DNA of 64,000 nt. Source: Clostridia bacterium. GTDB lineage: Bacteria > Bacillota > Clostridia > Oscillospirales > CAG-272. This document shows positions 47,860 through 56,980 of the stretch, one piece after another. Numbering within the stretch: position 1 is the stretch's first letter; each line of letters starts with the position of its first letter. The DNA is taken from NCBI GenBank assembly GCA_017461945.1, contig JAFTSB010000057.1:3594-67593 (forward strand). Reading direction: 5' to 3'. A program made the position numbers and the translations under genes. The notes below the pieces were generated by a model, which was not told the origin of the DNA, did no database searches, and saw only the letters and a program-made list of their open reading frames with translations.

Positions 47860-49008
47860 TTATTGCTCCATACCCTTAATTTCGTAGGTGGTTTCCTTGG
47901 CGTTGGAAATATCCACATCGCCAAAGTATTCGCGGCTATCCAGCCCCAGATCGTTGCAGATATTGATCATCTCGGCCACGGTGCTGATGTCTACCTCAAT
48001 ACCATGCTCCTTGTGATACTGCATTGCCAGCGCTTCCTTTTCACCGTGGGTGTAGATCGGCACGTTTTCGTCGGCGCGCTTGGCGTCGCGCAGCTCCTGC
48101 AAAAAGGCGGAAAGATGTGCTTCGATCTCTTGGGTGTCTCCGAAAATCTTGGGGTCGATCACAATAAAGGCGTGACAGGTGCCGGCGCTTTGCCCGGGCT
48201 TGCGCACATGGTGATTGGAGGTGGCACCGCCCGAGGTGATGGCGCAGAGCAGCTCACAGATCATACTAAAGCCATAGCCCTTATGGCTGCCACTTTCCTC
48301 ACGGATACCGCCAACGGGCAGAATGCCCCCCACGCCCTTTTTGCTGTCAATGCAGGCAAGCACACGCTTGGCATCGCGGCAGGCCTCACCGTTTTCGTCG
48401 GTGCCCCAGTTCTCACCAAGGGGCTTGTCTGCCTTGTGATACACTTCCAACTTTCCCTTGGGCACCACCGTGGTGGCGGCATCAAACCAGAAGGGGTAGG
48501 GCTTGGCCGGCATAGCAAAGGCAATGGGGTTAGAGCCAAGAATAGCCTGCTTGGAGTTGGTATGTACCATAATGGATTCGGAGTTGGTCACACACATGGC
48601 CATCATGCCTTGATCGCACGCCATTTTGGTATAATAGCCTGCTATGCCATAGTGATTGGAGTTGCGAACGGTCACAAAGGCCATGCCAACCTTTCTGGCC
48701 TTTTCAATGGCCAGATTCATGGCGTAGATCGAGGTCAGCTGACCCATGGCAGCGTTGGCATCGATCACCGCAGAAACCGGCGTTTCAAACACGATCTGGG
48801 GCTTGGCATCGACCTTGACGCACCCCTTTCCAATGGATTTGTGATAGCGCACCAGTCGCTGCGTGCCGTGGGATTTCACGCCGTAAAGATCGGCCAACAG
48901 CAAAACATCGGTGATCTGGGCGGCTTCCGTTGCGGAAAAGCCGAATTTTTCAAACATATCGCGGCAGGCACGCTCCAGCGTTTCTGCGCTATAGGTGACA
49001 TAGCTCAT
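47860..49008 (-). CDS. Ldh_2-family (malate/L-lactate/sulfolactate-type) NAD(P)H oxidoreductase
   Basis: ADLYGVKSHGTQRLVRY and NSNHYGIAGYY are characteristic of the Ldh_2 family. AGAGGAGAG SD. Confidence 0.82.
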   Translation of the reverse strand: MSYVTYSAETLERACRDMFEKFGFSATEAAQITDVLLLADLYGVKSHGTQRLVRYHKSIGKGCVKVDAKPQIVFETPVSAVIDANAAMGQLTSIYAMNLAIEKARKVGMAFVTVRNSNHYGIAGYYTKMACDQGMMAMCVTNSESIMVHTNSKQAILGSNPIAFAMPAKPYPFWFDAATTVVPKGKLEVYHKADKPLGENWGTDENGEACRDAKRVLACIDSKKGVGGILPVGGIREESGSHKGYGFSMICELLCAITSGGATSNHHVRKPGQSAGTCHAFIVIDPKIFGDTQEIEAHLSAFLQELRDAKRADENVPIYTHGEKEALAMQYHKEHGIEVDISTVAEMINICNDLGLDSREYFGDVDISNAKETTYEIKGMEQ

Positions 49009-49202
49009 GATGCTCTCCTCTTAAAATCAAAGTTGATAGTATTATTGTAAAGAAAATTGGAGCTTCTGGCAATAGCCAATCGTTCGCCGTTTTGGGCTTT
49101 TCGTTCAAATTTGACCGGCTCAAAGCAGAAAAAAACCGGATACTGTTGATTTTCGTTCAAATTTATGGTATGCTATGATGAGAAGGGGGCGTGAGACGAA
49201 TC

Positions 49203-50015
49203 ATGCAGGAGAGCAGCTTTGACCACGGCTTTGGCACCGTGTGGAAGGATGTTTATGTCCACCGCAGAGAGGGATACTATACCTCGGTCAGTGATTTCCA
49301 CCGGCACGAGTTTTACGAATTGAATCTGATTCTTTCAGGCAATGTCAATATTTTGTTGGGTGACCGTGCCGAGCAGGGGCGCGGCTATCATCTGGTGTTG
49401 ACACAGCCCGGCGTGCCCCATTATATTTCCTGCAAGCCCGATACGCTTTACAGCCGCTTGTATCTGGCCTTTTCTACCGATTTTGTCAGTACGATTCCCG
49501 AATGGGTGCAGCTTTGCTCAGCCTTTGGAGAGCAGGGCACCGTTCTGACCCTGACCGCAGAAAGCTGCCACCGTCTGCAAGCCTTGATCCAGCAGATCGG
49601 CGGCGAGACCTCATCCTTTCGCCAACGAATGCTGGTGGGCTATCTGATGTCGCTGATCGGCGAGGAGGCAGGCGAGCAACCGACCGATGTCGCGCGCACT
49701 CCTGCCTATATTTTACAGGCGTTGGCCTATATCGAGGAGCATTATGGTGAAAAGATCGTGGCTGCCGCACTGGCTCACCACCTGAATGTTAGCCGAACCA
49801 CTCTGATGACCGAGTTTAAGCGACACACCGACCGTACTGTTGTAGAATACCTCACTCATTGTCGCATCCGCCATGCTACGCGGTTGCTGCGCGAGGGTAA
49901 AACGCTGGAGGATGTGGCCGCCCACTGCGGCTTCGCCGACAGCAGCGGACTGGTGCGCTGTTTTAAGCGTTGCTATGGTACCACGCCCCGTCGCTATTTG
50001 GCGCAGGGAAAATAA
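49203..50015 (+). CDS. AraC-family transcriptional regulator
   Basis: Cupin-like N-domain and C-terminal HTH pair (LAHHLNVSRTTLMTEFKRH, EDVAAHCGFADSSGLVRCFKRCYGTTPRRY). Start ambiguous (GTG 49191 or ATG 49203). Confidence 0.85.
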   Translation: MQESSFDHGFGTVWKDVYVHRREGYYTSVSDFHRHEFYELNLILSGNVNILLGDRAEQGRGYHLVLTQPGVPHYISCKPDTLYSRLYLAFSTDFVSTIPEWVQLCSAFGEQGTVLTLTAESCHRLQALIQQIGGETSSFRQRMLVGYLMSLIGEEAGEQPTDVARTPAYILQALAYIEEHYGEKIVAAALAHHLNVSRTTLMTEFKRHTDRTVVEYLTHCRIRHATRLLREGKTLEDVAAHCGFADSSGLVRCFKRCYGTTPRRYLAQGK

Positions 50016-50046
50016 GAAAGCGAGCGACTGCGGTCGCTCGCTTTCT
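50015..50046. terminator. 14-bp hairpin between convergent genes
   Basis: AGAAAGCGAGCGAC-TGCG-GTCGCTCGCTTTCT. There is no long T-run. Confidence 0.5.
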
Positions 50047-50047
50047 G

Positions 50048-50365
50048 TTAATCCAGATCAAACTGCCTGCTGATTCTTTTGGACATATGGCGGTAACGCT
50101 TTATGGTGGCGCGGTATTTGCGCTTCATAGGCAACAGCGTGACATCATAAGGGGAACCATCCAACTTCATATCGTCCAGCAGAGATTGCATGACCTTGAT
50201 ATTGCCGGGCAGCTTTTCAGCGGCCTTTTGCATTTTTAAAAGCTCGCGCTCCAGCTGTCGTGCTTCCTCGGTCTCCAAGCCATAAGGACCCTCGTCCTCC
50301 AGGCGCAATGCCTCCAGGCAGCTTTTGATACAAAGACAGCTGTCCAGTTCTCCATCTTCAAACAT
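50048..50365 (-). CDS. hypothetical protein (105 aa)
   Basis: Strong SD AAGGGAGGG 6 nt before the ATG. Acidic, coiled-coil-like N-half and a basic tail. Sits directly downstream of the GH51 gene. Confidence 0.6.
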   Translation of the reverse strand: MFEDGELDSCLCIKSCLEALRLEDEGPYGLETEEARQLERELLKMQKAAEKLPGNIKVMQSLLDDMKLDGSPYDVTLLPMKRKYRATIKRYRHMSKRISRQFDLD

Positions 50366-50429
50366 GCAAAACCCTCCCTTGCTCGGTCACGTTACAACAT
50401 TGTTATTATAGCACAAACCATTGCTGTTG

Positions 50430-51908
50430 TCAAATATGATTTTCGGGGGCGAGCTGAATACGTACTGCAGCTACAGCGGCAGGGGGAAGGGTGATGCGAT
50501 CCCCTTCGACGACAACACGCTTTACGGTAAAGATATCGGTGTTTACAGGAGTGATCTCGGTGGCAGGATCGGTGGCAATATAGTGCATCTCGGCGCTTTC
50601 GATCCGGCGGCCACCAAGCTCCAGCACAAGCTCCTGCGCGCGCTTCATATCAATGTTGGCCAAATGCAGGAATACCGTGTCGTCGGTCATGGACGCTACA
50701 GCATCCACAGCACCCTTGTAGGTCAGATCCAATGCGTGAGTACCCTGATGCTTGCCAAACAGGCTCATTACGGCACCAACGGGCTGCAAATAGGGCTTGC
50801 CTGCGCGGATGGGAGTGGGCAGCATGACGGCGTTGACCTGCCATACGTTGCCAAAGAAGTCGGCCATGGTGGCAATGTCCAGCACATCGCTGTGACGCAT
50901 AATGGTGTTCAAGCAACGGGCATAGGCCACGCCGGCACCCCAAGAGGAAAGCACCTCGTTGCGGTTGCGACCGGGCAGGGCAAAATGTCCCTCGGTCATG
51001 GCCAGGCGCTTGCTGCCACAGTTGGCGCGCATTAGCTTAATGTGATCATCCAAAGACTTATAAGCGTGCATCAGGTGGATCCACGTGCATTCGTAATTGT
51101 CGCGGTACTCGGTGCCGGTGAGAGGGGAATTCTCCAGACCGGAATTGAAGTGGTGATGAAAGGCGATAGCATCAATGCCGTCGGCCTCGCTCATGATCTT
51201 ACACCAGTTGGCCTTGTCGTGGGCACCTTTGTTATCGCCCCAACCGATCAGATAGATCGAGGGGTCCTTTTCTCTCATAGCCGCGGCAAAGCGTTGGGTG
51301 GTCTCATAGCACCCTTCGGCCGTGAAGCCGTAATGTCGCTCTGTGTTGCGAAAACCAACGGTACGGTACGAGGTTTCGTTACCGATCTGCCAATATTTTA
51401 CCCCAAAGGGCTCGGCGGCACCGTTGGCAATGCGCAGGGCGTTTTCGGGGTTGTTGCAGTAATCCACCCACGCGGCGGCTTCCTCGGCGGTGCCCATACG
51501 CAGGGTGTCGTTTTTGGGGCGCTGCCAAAAATCCAAGCCCTCCGACTCCATATTGGCCACGATCAAGGGGGCGGCCTTTACTTGCTTACAAAAGTCCAGA
51601 AATTCGTGGGTGCCTACCTGGTTGTGATAAATGCCGCTCCAGGCATGGTTGATCATCGGAACGCGCTCGCAACGCTTGCCCACCGCTTCGCGCCAATGGT
51701 AATAGGAGGCAAAGCAACCGCCAAAGCGGACCATAGTGGGGCCCAGCTCGCGGATCTTATCCATGACCTCGGGGAACCATTCGTTTTCCACAAAATCCCA
51801 AGCGGCATCGACCGAGGCATCTGCCACCCCAAGGGGCTCCATAAATTGCATATACAGATAAGGGGAGATCGAATGCTTTTTTTGCGTGCTGATATTTAAC
51901 GTGATCAT
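50430..51908 (-). CDS. abfA: alpha-L-arabinofuranosidase (GH51)
   Basis: ISPYLYMQFMEPLG, RFGGCFASYYHW and YWQIGNETS (acid/base Glu context). AAAGGAG SD before MITLNIS. Confidence 0.82.
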   Translation of the reverse strand: MITLNISTQKKHSISPYLYMQFMEPLGVADASVDAAWDFVENEWFPEVMDKIRELGPTMVRFGGCFASYYHWREAVGKRCERVPMINHAWSGIYHNQVGTHEFLDFCKQVKAAPLIVANMESEGLDFWQRPKNDTLRMGTAEEAAAWVDYCNNPENALRIANGAAEPFGVKYWQIGNETSYRTVGFRNTERHYGFTAEGCYETTQRFAAAMREKDPSIYLIGWGDNKGAHDKANWCKIMSEADGIDAIAFHHHFNSGLENSPLTGTEYRDNYECTWIHLMHAYKSLDDHIKLMRANCGSKRLAMTEGHFALPGRNRNEVLSSWGAGVAYARCLNTIMRHSDVLDIATMADFFGNVWQVNAVMLPTPIRAGKPYLQPVGAVMSLFGKHQGTHALDLTYKGAVDAVASMTDDTVFLHLANIDMKRAQELVLELGGRRIESAEMHYIATDPATEITPVNTDIFTVKRVVVEGDRITLPPAAVAAVRIQLAPENHI

Positions 51909-52060
51909 AGCGCTTCTCCTTTGACTTAATACCGTTATTCTACACCCGTTTGCGGAAGATTGCAATGCAAGAGCAAGACTTTTTCGCCCGTTCTATGTCC
52001 GAATATTAAAGTTTTTGCTAAAAACTTGATTTTTTACAATACTTATGTTATACTGCAGAT

Positions 52061-52927
52061 ATGGAAAAGAACATACAAAAAAAGCCCCCATTCTACGCGG
52101 TAGACCTGGGGGGGATTCAATTAAAGGTGTTTATCGTGGGTGCCGATCCGCGCATCAAAAAACGTGCCAGAACCGAACGCGACCCCGAGGGGATGAGAGG
52201 GGTACATACGCACTTTGCCTACGAGGTGTTTTTTGTAACAGCAGGCACCCTGCGCTTGGTTACCGAGGACGATACCAAAGAATACCGCCGTGCCGTGCTG
52301 GTGATCCCACCCCACGTCAATCACTATTCTGCCCCCGATCGAGAGGGCAGCTTTTGCTTGTTGTTTGCGCCGGAGGAGGGCACAAACAGCGAAACGGTAT
52401 TGAAAAAACGGATGGAAGCCGGCGTTTGCGAGCTGCCGCTGGATGAGGACATCGCCTTTTATATCGATCGCTTGGCAAAGCGTTATTGTGAGGATACTCC
52501 TACAGCCCAGCGCGACGTGGAGTTGCTGATCTCCCTGATCTTTAATCGCATGTTTGCGGTGCTGAAGCCAGATCAACCTGCCCCCAAGCGCACAGGCGCA
52601 GTCTCACACATTGGCGCCATTGACAGTTATATCAATCATCGACTTTCCAAACGCATCACCCTGACCGATGTGGCGGAGCACGTGTATCTCAGCACCAAGC
52701 AGATCTCTCGCATTATCGAAAAGGAATATGGCTGCTCCTTTTCGGAGCTGGTTGCCACCAAACGACTGGCTCGCGCCGAAATGCTGCTGAAAAACACCGA
52801 TATGCCTGTTTCGCAGGTGGCCTCTGCCGTGTTTCCATCCTCCGAGGGGTATTTCTATGTGCTGTTCAAAAAACGCTTCGGCATCTCCCCCCTCCAATAC
52901 CGCAAGGAGAGCCGGAACTTCAAATAA
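52061..52927 (+). CDS. AraC-family transcriptional regulator
   Basis: C-terminal HTH pair (VAEHVYLSTKQISRIIEKEYG, VASAVFPSSEGYFYVLFKKRFGISPLQY). Divergent from the GH51 gene. Confidence 0.85.
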   Translation: MEKNIQKKPPFYAVDLGGIQLKVFIVGADPRIKKRARTERDPEGMRGVHTHFAYEVFFVTAGTLRLVTEDDTKEYRRAVLVIPPHVNHYSAPDREGSFCLLFAPEEGTNSETVLKKRMEAGVCELPLDEDIAFYIDRLAKRYCEDTPTAQRDVELLISLIFNRMFAVLKPDQPAPKRTGAVSHIGAIDSYINHRLSKRITLTDVAEHVYLSTKQISRIIEKEYGCSFSELVATKRLARAEMLLKNTDMPVSQVASAVFPSSEGYFYVLFKKRFGISPLQYRKESRNFK

Positions 52928-52929
52928 AC

Positions 52930-52958
52930 AAAAAGCCGCACACGGTGCGGCTTTTTTG
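52930..52958. terminator. bidirectional intrinsic terminator at the core/island boundary
   Basis: GCCGCAC-ACG-GTGCGGC flanked by A5 and T6. Confidence 0.8.
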
Positions 52959-52962
52959 TGTT

Positions 52963-54339
52963 TTATTTAGGCATTCGGTCTTTTCTTGACTTCATGCCAT
53001 AGTAGGAGTTTCCTTGCCACGAATGGTCATAAAAGACGATTTCCGGTATCATCACGCCGGCCTCAAAAAAAGGATTGTGATAATAATTCTTGGCGGGAAT
53101 GGAATAAATTTTGGCTAATATACCATTTTCGATAAAGAACAATTGGTTTTTCAATACTTGTAAGGGCGAACAAAAGCAGTGCAATTCTTCAAAGCCCTCG
53201 TCTATATAGATTTTGGCACAGACATAGCACTCATCTGCCGAATTATACACGCCGTCGTTCCCTTTGTATTTTATGTTCATGTCATTGGCGTAAATGTCCG
53301 TAGCCGGGATATTTTGCGCCAAAAGATAGTTTTTCCCGGCTTCACTTAACGGGAGGGCATCAAGCTGGCCGTTTTCGGCGTGCGTGCTGCCCGGAATGTA
53401 AAACTTTACTTGTTTGCCGTGTTCCTTTAATTCGTGGTAGAGTGCTATTCCTGCGTTTAAGCGGCTACAAAATTCCTCGTTGGGTGTGTCGCCGTTGACA
53501 AGAGGATGTTGTGCAGATATTTGAATCAGAACACGTTTGGGATCAGCGACTTGCGTTTGTAGGGCGTGTTTGTATTTTTCGGCCCAATACACCTCTGCAG
53601 TATTTTCCCATGATGGGCTAATGTTCCAAACCGTGTTAAAATGTTCTGTTAACATATAAACAAAATTATCGTTTTCTTGCTGCAGCGCGGCGGTTTGACA
53701 GTCCATTCGGAACAAAATATGCTCCTTGGCTTTTGCAGGGGGGAGCGTAATATTTAGCCATACCGAGGTTTTAGCCTTGGGCGAATTTTCGTCAAAAGAA
53801 GCAATGACCAAAGGGAGCCGATATTCACTGGAAAAGTAGCGGACCTGCAGCTTGTTTTTCGATCCGCGGTTCAGATTTTCTAAAATTTCGTGTACCCGAT
53901 CCACTTCCAGATCTATGTTATCCTCAAAGGAGCGATAAGAAAATTCATGCTCCATGTTTTTGATATCCTTCAAAAATGGATTGTTTTTGCGAGAAAGAAG
54001 GATCTCGATCTTCGCACCTCTTGCCAATGCCTTTTTGATCATTTCCTGCTTTTTGATATCACTAAAAAAGCCTATGCCCGTTACAAAAATCAATTTGATC
54101 GTGTGAGCGTGAGAAAAAATGTAGCGGTATTCCTTTTCTGTAATATTTTTGTTGGATATGGAAGAAAGAAATCCATATTTTGAAAGCTCATTTGCAAATG
54201 TAATTTTGCTGATATATTTTTTTGTGAAAATAACAGCAATAAAGCCCGTTATGGCGGCCACGATCAGAGACTTTAGAATGTCGCTCCAAAAAGCGATGTG
54301 ATCAATGCTTGTCCAAAGCGCAAGATAATGATTAGGCAT
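52963..54339 (-). CDS. membrane-anchored fusion protein: N-terminal TM helix, unknown middle domain, C-terminal DUF218/YdcF-like domain
   Basis: AAGGAG SD 8 nt before ATG 54339. TM segment LKSLIVAAITGFIAVIF. C-terminal VLIQISAQHPLVNGDTPNEEFCSRLNAGIALYHE...LSEAGKNYLLAQNIP fits the DUF218 pattern. Visibly AT-richer than the core. Confidence 0.65.
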   Translation of the reverse strand: MPNHYLALWTSIDHIAFWSDILKSLIVAAITGFIAVIFTKKYISKITFANELSKYGFLSSISNKNITEKEYRYIFSHAHTIKLIFVTGIGFFSDIKKQEMIKKALARGAKIEILLSRKNNPFLKDIKNMEHEFSYRSFEDNIDLEVDRVHEILENLNRGSKNKLQVRYFSSEYRLPLVIASFDENSPKAKTSVWLNITLPPAKAKEHILFRMDCQTAALQQENDNFVYMLTEHFNTVWNISPSWENTAEVYWAEKYKHALQTQVADPKRVLIQISAQHPLVNGDTPNEEFCSRLNAGIALYHELKEHGKQVKFYIPGSTHAENGQLDALPLSEAGKNYLLAQNIPATDIYANDMNIKYKGNDGVYNSADECYVCAKIYIDEGFEELHCFCSPLQVLKNQLFFIENGILAKIYSIPAKNYYHNPFFEAGVMIPEIVFYDHSWQGNSYYGMKSRKDRMPK

Positions 54340-54433
54340 GGCAAGAACTCCTTGTTCTTTCGATGAGATGAAGCCGTGTGCGACAGGATTGGTGTTACAG
54401 TTACGTAAGACCACTCCATTGGTGTGTAGTTAT

Positions 54434-54462
54434 AGTGTAACATATATCGAACAGTTTGTCAA
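54434..54462 (-). promoter_or_regulatory. sigma-70-like promoter of the DUF218-fusion gene
   Basis: On the minus strand: TTGACA (54462-54457), 17-nt spacer, TACACT (54439-54434). Confidence 0.6.
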
Positions 54463-54561
54463 TTTCGATTACAGGAAAAGAGCGGCGACCGTTTGTGTAC
54501 TGCTGGCTGCGACTCATATGCTACTTTGCACCGTCGCACATTTGTTGGATAACCCAGAACG

Positions 54562-54598
54562 CAAAAAGCTCCCATCGCTTTGTGCGATGGGAGCTTTT
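54562..54598 (-). terminator. intrinsic terminator directly after the tRNA-Arg 3' fragment
   Basis: On the minus strand: AGCTCCCATCGC-ACAAA-GCGATGGGAGCT followed by TTTTT, starting 1 nt after the CCA. Confidence 0.85.
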
Positions 54599-54642
54599 TG
54601 GCACCCGCAGCGGGAATCGAACCCACAACTAACCCTTAGGAG
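54599..54642 (-). pseudogene. 3' half of a split tRNA-Arg(CCT) gene (anticodon loop to CCA)
   Basis: The minus strand reads CTCCTAAGGGTTAGTTGTGGGTTCGATTCCCGCTGCGGGTGCCA. This is the T arm GTGGG-TTCGATT-CCCGC and acceptor 3' strand TGCGGGT. There is no 5' half adjacent. Confidence 0.85.
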
Positions 54643-54778
54643 TTTTTATTGGTGTTCATTTCTATCTGTGTGTGGGTGTTTTTCTTGCAAAACAAGCGTA
54701 AAATCGACCGAAACGATAGATCTTACGCTTGGTAGGTTGTGTGTTTGTTGGTGGTTTTTGTAGTGCTTTGTAATGTGC

Positions 54779-54803
54779 GGGTGTACAATGGGTGGACAAA
54801 AAG
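54779..54803 (+). repeat. left copy of the 25-nt motif GGGTGTACAA-N-GGGTG-N-ACAAAA
   Basis: GGGTGTACAATGGGTGGACAAAAAG, compared with GGGTGTACAAAGGGTGTACAAAACAG at 56981-57006. Same orientation. Confidence 0.8.
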
Positions 54804-54813
54804 TAAAGTGCGT

Positions 54814-55575
54814 TTATTTGGTTTCGTTGCCATAAATCCGATCAATTTTATCGTTTATTTTTGTTTTTGCCAATAATTCACTCTGCATATTATTCAGAAC
54901 AGACATTTTTTCGTCAATTATTAGAGATTGAAAATGAGCGTGGATGTTATCATACAAAATGTATTCATCATAAGAGCCTTCTTCATAATTGGTGATAACA
55001 GCGTTAATTCGGTTGTTCGCTGTGTAGTCATATTCAGCCAAAGCTCTAATCATAGAAATCATTAAAGCTTTAATGCCGTTTATAGTATTTTCTTTTGGCT
55101 TCCATATTGTATTGCAATAGTCATCTATTATTGAGTACATTGAATCAAAATCAAAACTGGCTATTCGGTTAATTCTGTTATATAAGTCTATTACGAGTGG
55201 TTTATTATATGCGTGGTTGTTCAGCTTTAATTTTTCAAGTTTCTCGAAATCATCTTTATCCAAATTAGTAAAATTTATGTTGTAATTAACCTTGGTTCCC
55301 TTATGAGAATACCAATTAGCAACAGATCTTATTAAGTTTACGCAAGTTATGAATTTTGTATTGAAATCTCGTTCGTATTCGAATTTTATGGAATAAAAAT
55401 TTATAAAGGCTAACGTACCGCTTAGAAAAGCTCCGCCCACAAGTGATATGAATATGTTCAAAAACACTTCAAAAACAGGATGGCAATTTTTTAATGGAGT
55501 AAAGACACATATACACAAAATACTTAGTAAAAATGAGACTAGCGAAATCCAAAAAACTAATTTATTTATTTTCAT
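54814..55575 (-). CDS. hypothetical membrane protein (253 aa, two N-terminal TM helices plus a soluble domain)
   Basis: AGGTGA SD before ATG 55575, with its own TTGATT...TATAAT promoter-like signal upstream. TM segments LVFWISLVSFLLSILCICVF and FLNIFISLVGGAFLSGTLAFINF. Confidence 0.7.
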   Translation of the reverse strand: MKINKLVFWISLVSFLLSILCICVFTPLKNCHPVFEVFLNIFISLVGGAFLSGTLAFINFYSIKFEYERDFNTKFITCVNLIRSVANWYSHKGTKVNYNINFTNLDKDDFEKLEKLKLNNHAYNKPLVIDLYNRINRIASFDFDSMYSIIDDYCNTIWKPKENTINGIKALMISMIRALAEYDYTANNRINAVITNYEEGSYDEYILYDNIHAHFQSLIIDEKMSVLNNMQSELLAKTKINDKIDRIYGNETK

Positions 55576-55684
55576 CAATGTTCACCTATGATTTTTTATT
55601 ATATTATAGCATAAAGCATAATAAAATCAATGTATTTTACAAGCATACAAACCGTTGAAAATACTCTTTTGGGGAACAGGATAA

Positions 55685-55730
55685 GAGGAGGGGCTAAATT
55701 GCCATCACTGCGTGAATTTAGCCCCTCCTC
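55685..55730. repeat. perfect 16-bp inverted repeat with a 14-nt spacer
   Basis: GAGGAGGGGCTAAATT (55685-55700) and AATTTAGCCCCTCCTC (55715-55730), GC-rich arms in AT-rich intergenic DNA. Confidence 0.85.
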
Positions 55731-55760
55731 GATTGCTCAAAAGCGGGATACCCGCCTTTA

Positions 55761-55922
55761 TTATTTGGTTGAAAGTATTGCTGAAAGTGCAGCCAATATT
55801 TCCAGAGGATGCTTGGCTTTGTCTATGGATTGCTTCAATAGTTCCTTATCTAAATCGGTTAGCGGATGATTTGAATGATCAACCAGTAATTTCCACATAG
55901 TTTTAACTTGTTGTTCTGTCAT
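55761..55922 (-). CDS. small hypothetical protein (53 aa), below the ORF-track size cut-off
   Basis: ATG lies 1 nt after the upstream gene's TGA (TGATATG). MTEQQVKTMWKLLVDHSNHPLTDLDKELLKQSIDKAKHPLEILAALSAILSTK, followed by a short GCGGG/CCCGC hairpin plus TTTT. Confidence 0.5.
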   Translation of the reverse strand: MTEQQVKTMWKLLVDHSNHPLTDLDKELLKQSIDKAKHPLEILAALSAILSTK

Positions 55923-55923
55923 A

Positions 55924-56829
55924 TCAAAGTCCTAAAATTTGTTTTTTCTTTTGCTCATAATCTTCTTGTGTAATCAATCCGTCATCAAGCATTTCTTTTA
56001 ATTCTTGGAGTTTCTCTTTTGAGGAAGTGGGAGTTTTTGAAAAAGCTCCCGCAAAGGGCGTTACTGCATCTTCAAGTTTTCTTGCATTTAACACAAATTC
56101 AAGTTCTGAACATACAGCATGCAAACTTTTTCTCGCTTCTTTGTAAATGTTAGTAGACTTGTTAATGTTTCCGCCGTTTATAAATGCTATATTAAGCTGA
56201 GTGTTTGCAGAATCGTTTATGCGAATAATTAATTCTAATTGAGAACACATTTCGTTTATTGACCTGCCGACATTACTGCCTACAATCATTCCACCAAGTC
56301 CGAAAAACGCTCCGCCTATCAATGCACTACCTGCCGTTCCTTCTACTTCGCGCCTGCCATTTTCATATACTTCGTAATTGATGATGTCAGAAAAGTTATA
56401 GGTTTTTGAAAAAGTGGATTTTACTTGATAGATAAACTTTTTGTTTTTGTCGTCAATTAAAAGTTTTTTGGTGGTTCGTCCCTTGCCAAAAATCATTATA
56501 ATTTTAGACAATACAAAATTGCTATCAGGGATCCCTGCTTGAGGGGTTAATGCTTCGATGCCTTCGGGCAAACAGGCAATATGCTTGCACATCATATAGT
56601 CGATAATCCAACCGTAGTCGCTTCTAGTTTTATATACATACATAAACCAAATGCAAACAAACAAAGTGGAAATGAAAAAAAGCAAACTTAAAGTGAGCAA
56701 AGCCCTTTCAAACAAGAGAGACAGCACTACACATACAAGCATCATAATACATGCGACAACACCCAAATATGTGGAAAACAACCAAAGTGCCTTCCTCTTT
56801 TTAATAATTTGAATTGGATCGATATTCAT
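55924..56829 (-). CDS. membrane protein with a C-terminal SHOCT domain (301 aa)
   Basis: AGGAGAG SD before ATG 56829; the track ORF extends upstream into the tRNA. Two TM helices, a glycine zipper GSALIGGAFFGLGGMIVGS, and the SHOCT-like tail KLQELKEMLDDGLITQEDYEQKKKQILGL. Confidence 0.75.
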   Translation of the reverse strand: MNIDPIQIIKKRKALWLFSTYLGVVACIMMLVCVVLSLLFERALLTLSLLFFISTLFVCIWFMYVYKTRSDYGWIIDYMMCKHIACLPEGIEALTPQAGIPDSNFVLSKIIMIFGKGRTTKKLLIDDKNKKFIYQVKSTFSKTYNFSDIINYEVYENGRREVEGTAGSALIGGAFFGLGGMIVGSNVGRSINEMCSQLELIIRINDSANTQLNIAFINGGNINKSTNIYKEARKSLHAVCSELEFVLNARKLEDAVTPFAGAFSKTPTSSKEKLQELKEMLDDGLITQEDYEQKKKQILGL

Positions 56830-56879
56830 ATGGTACTCTCCTAATTTGAATTGACGGAATGATCCTTCCAAAATCAATA

Positions 56880-56954
56880 TGGCACCCCCAACGGGAATCG
56901 AACCCATAACTAACCCTTAGGAGGGGTTTATTATATCCATTTAACTATGGAGGC
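56880..56954 (-). tRNA. tRNA-Arg(CCT), complete, carried inside the insertion
   Basis: The minus strand folds by hand into a 75-nt cloverleaf. Acceptor GCCTCCA/TGGGGGT, D arm GTTA..TAAT, anticodon arm AACCC-CTCCTAA-GGGTT, T arm ATGGG-TTCGATT-CCCGT, then G-CCA. Confidence 0.85.
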
Positions 56955-56980
56955 GTGCTATTTAATTGTGATTTTCGCTT

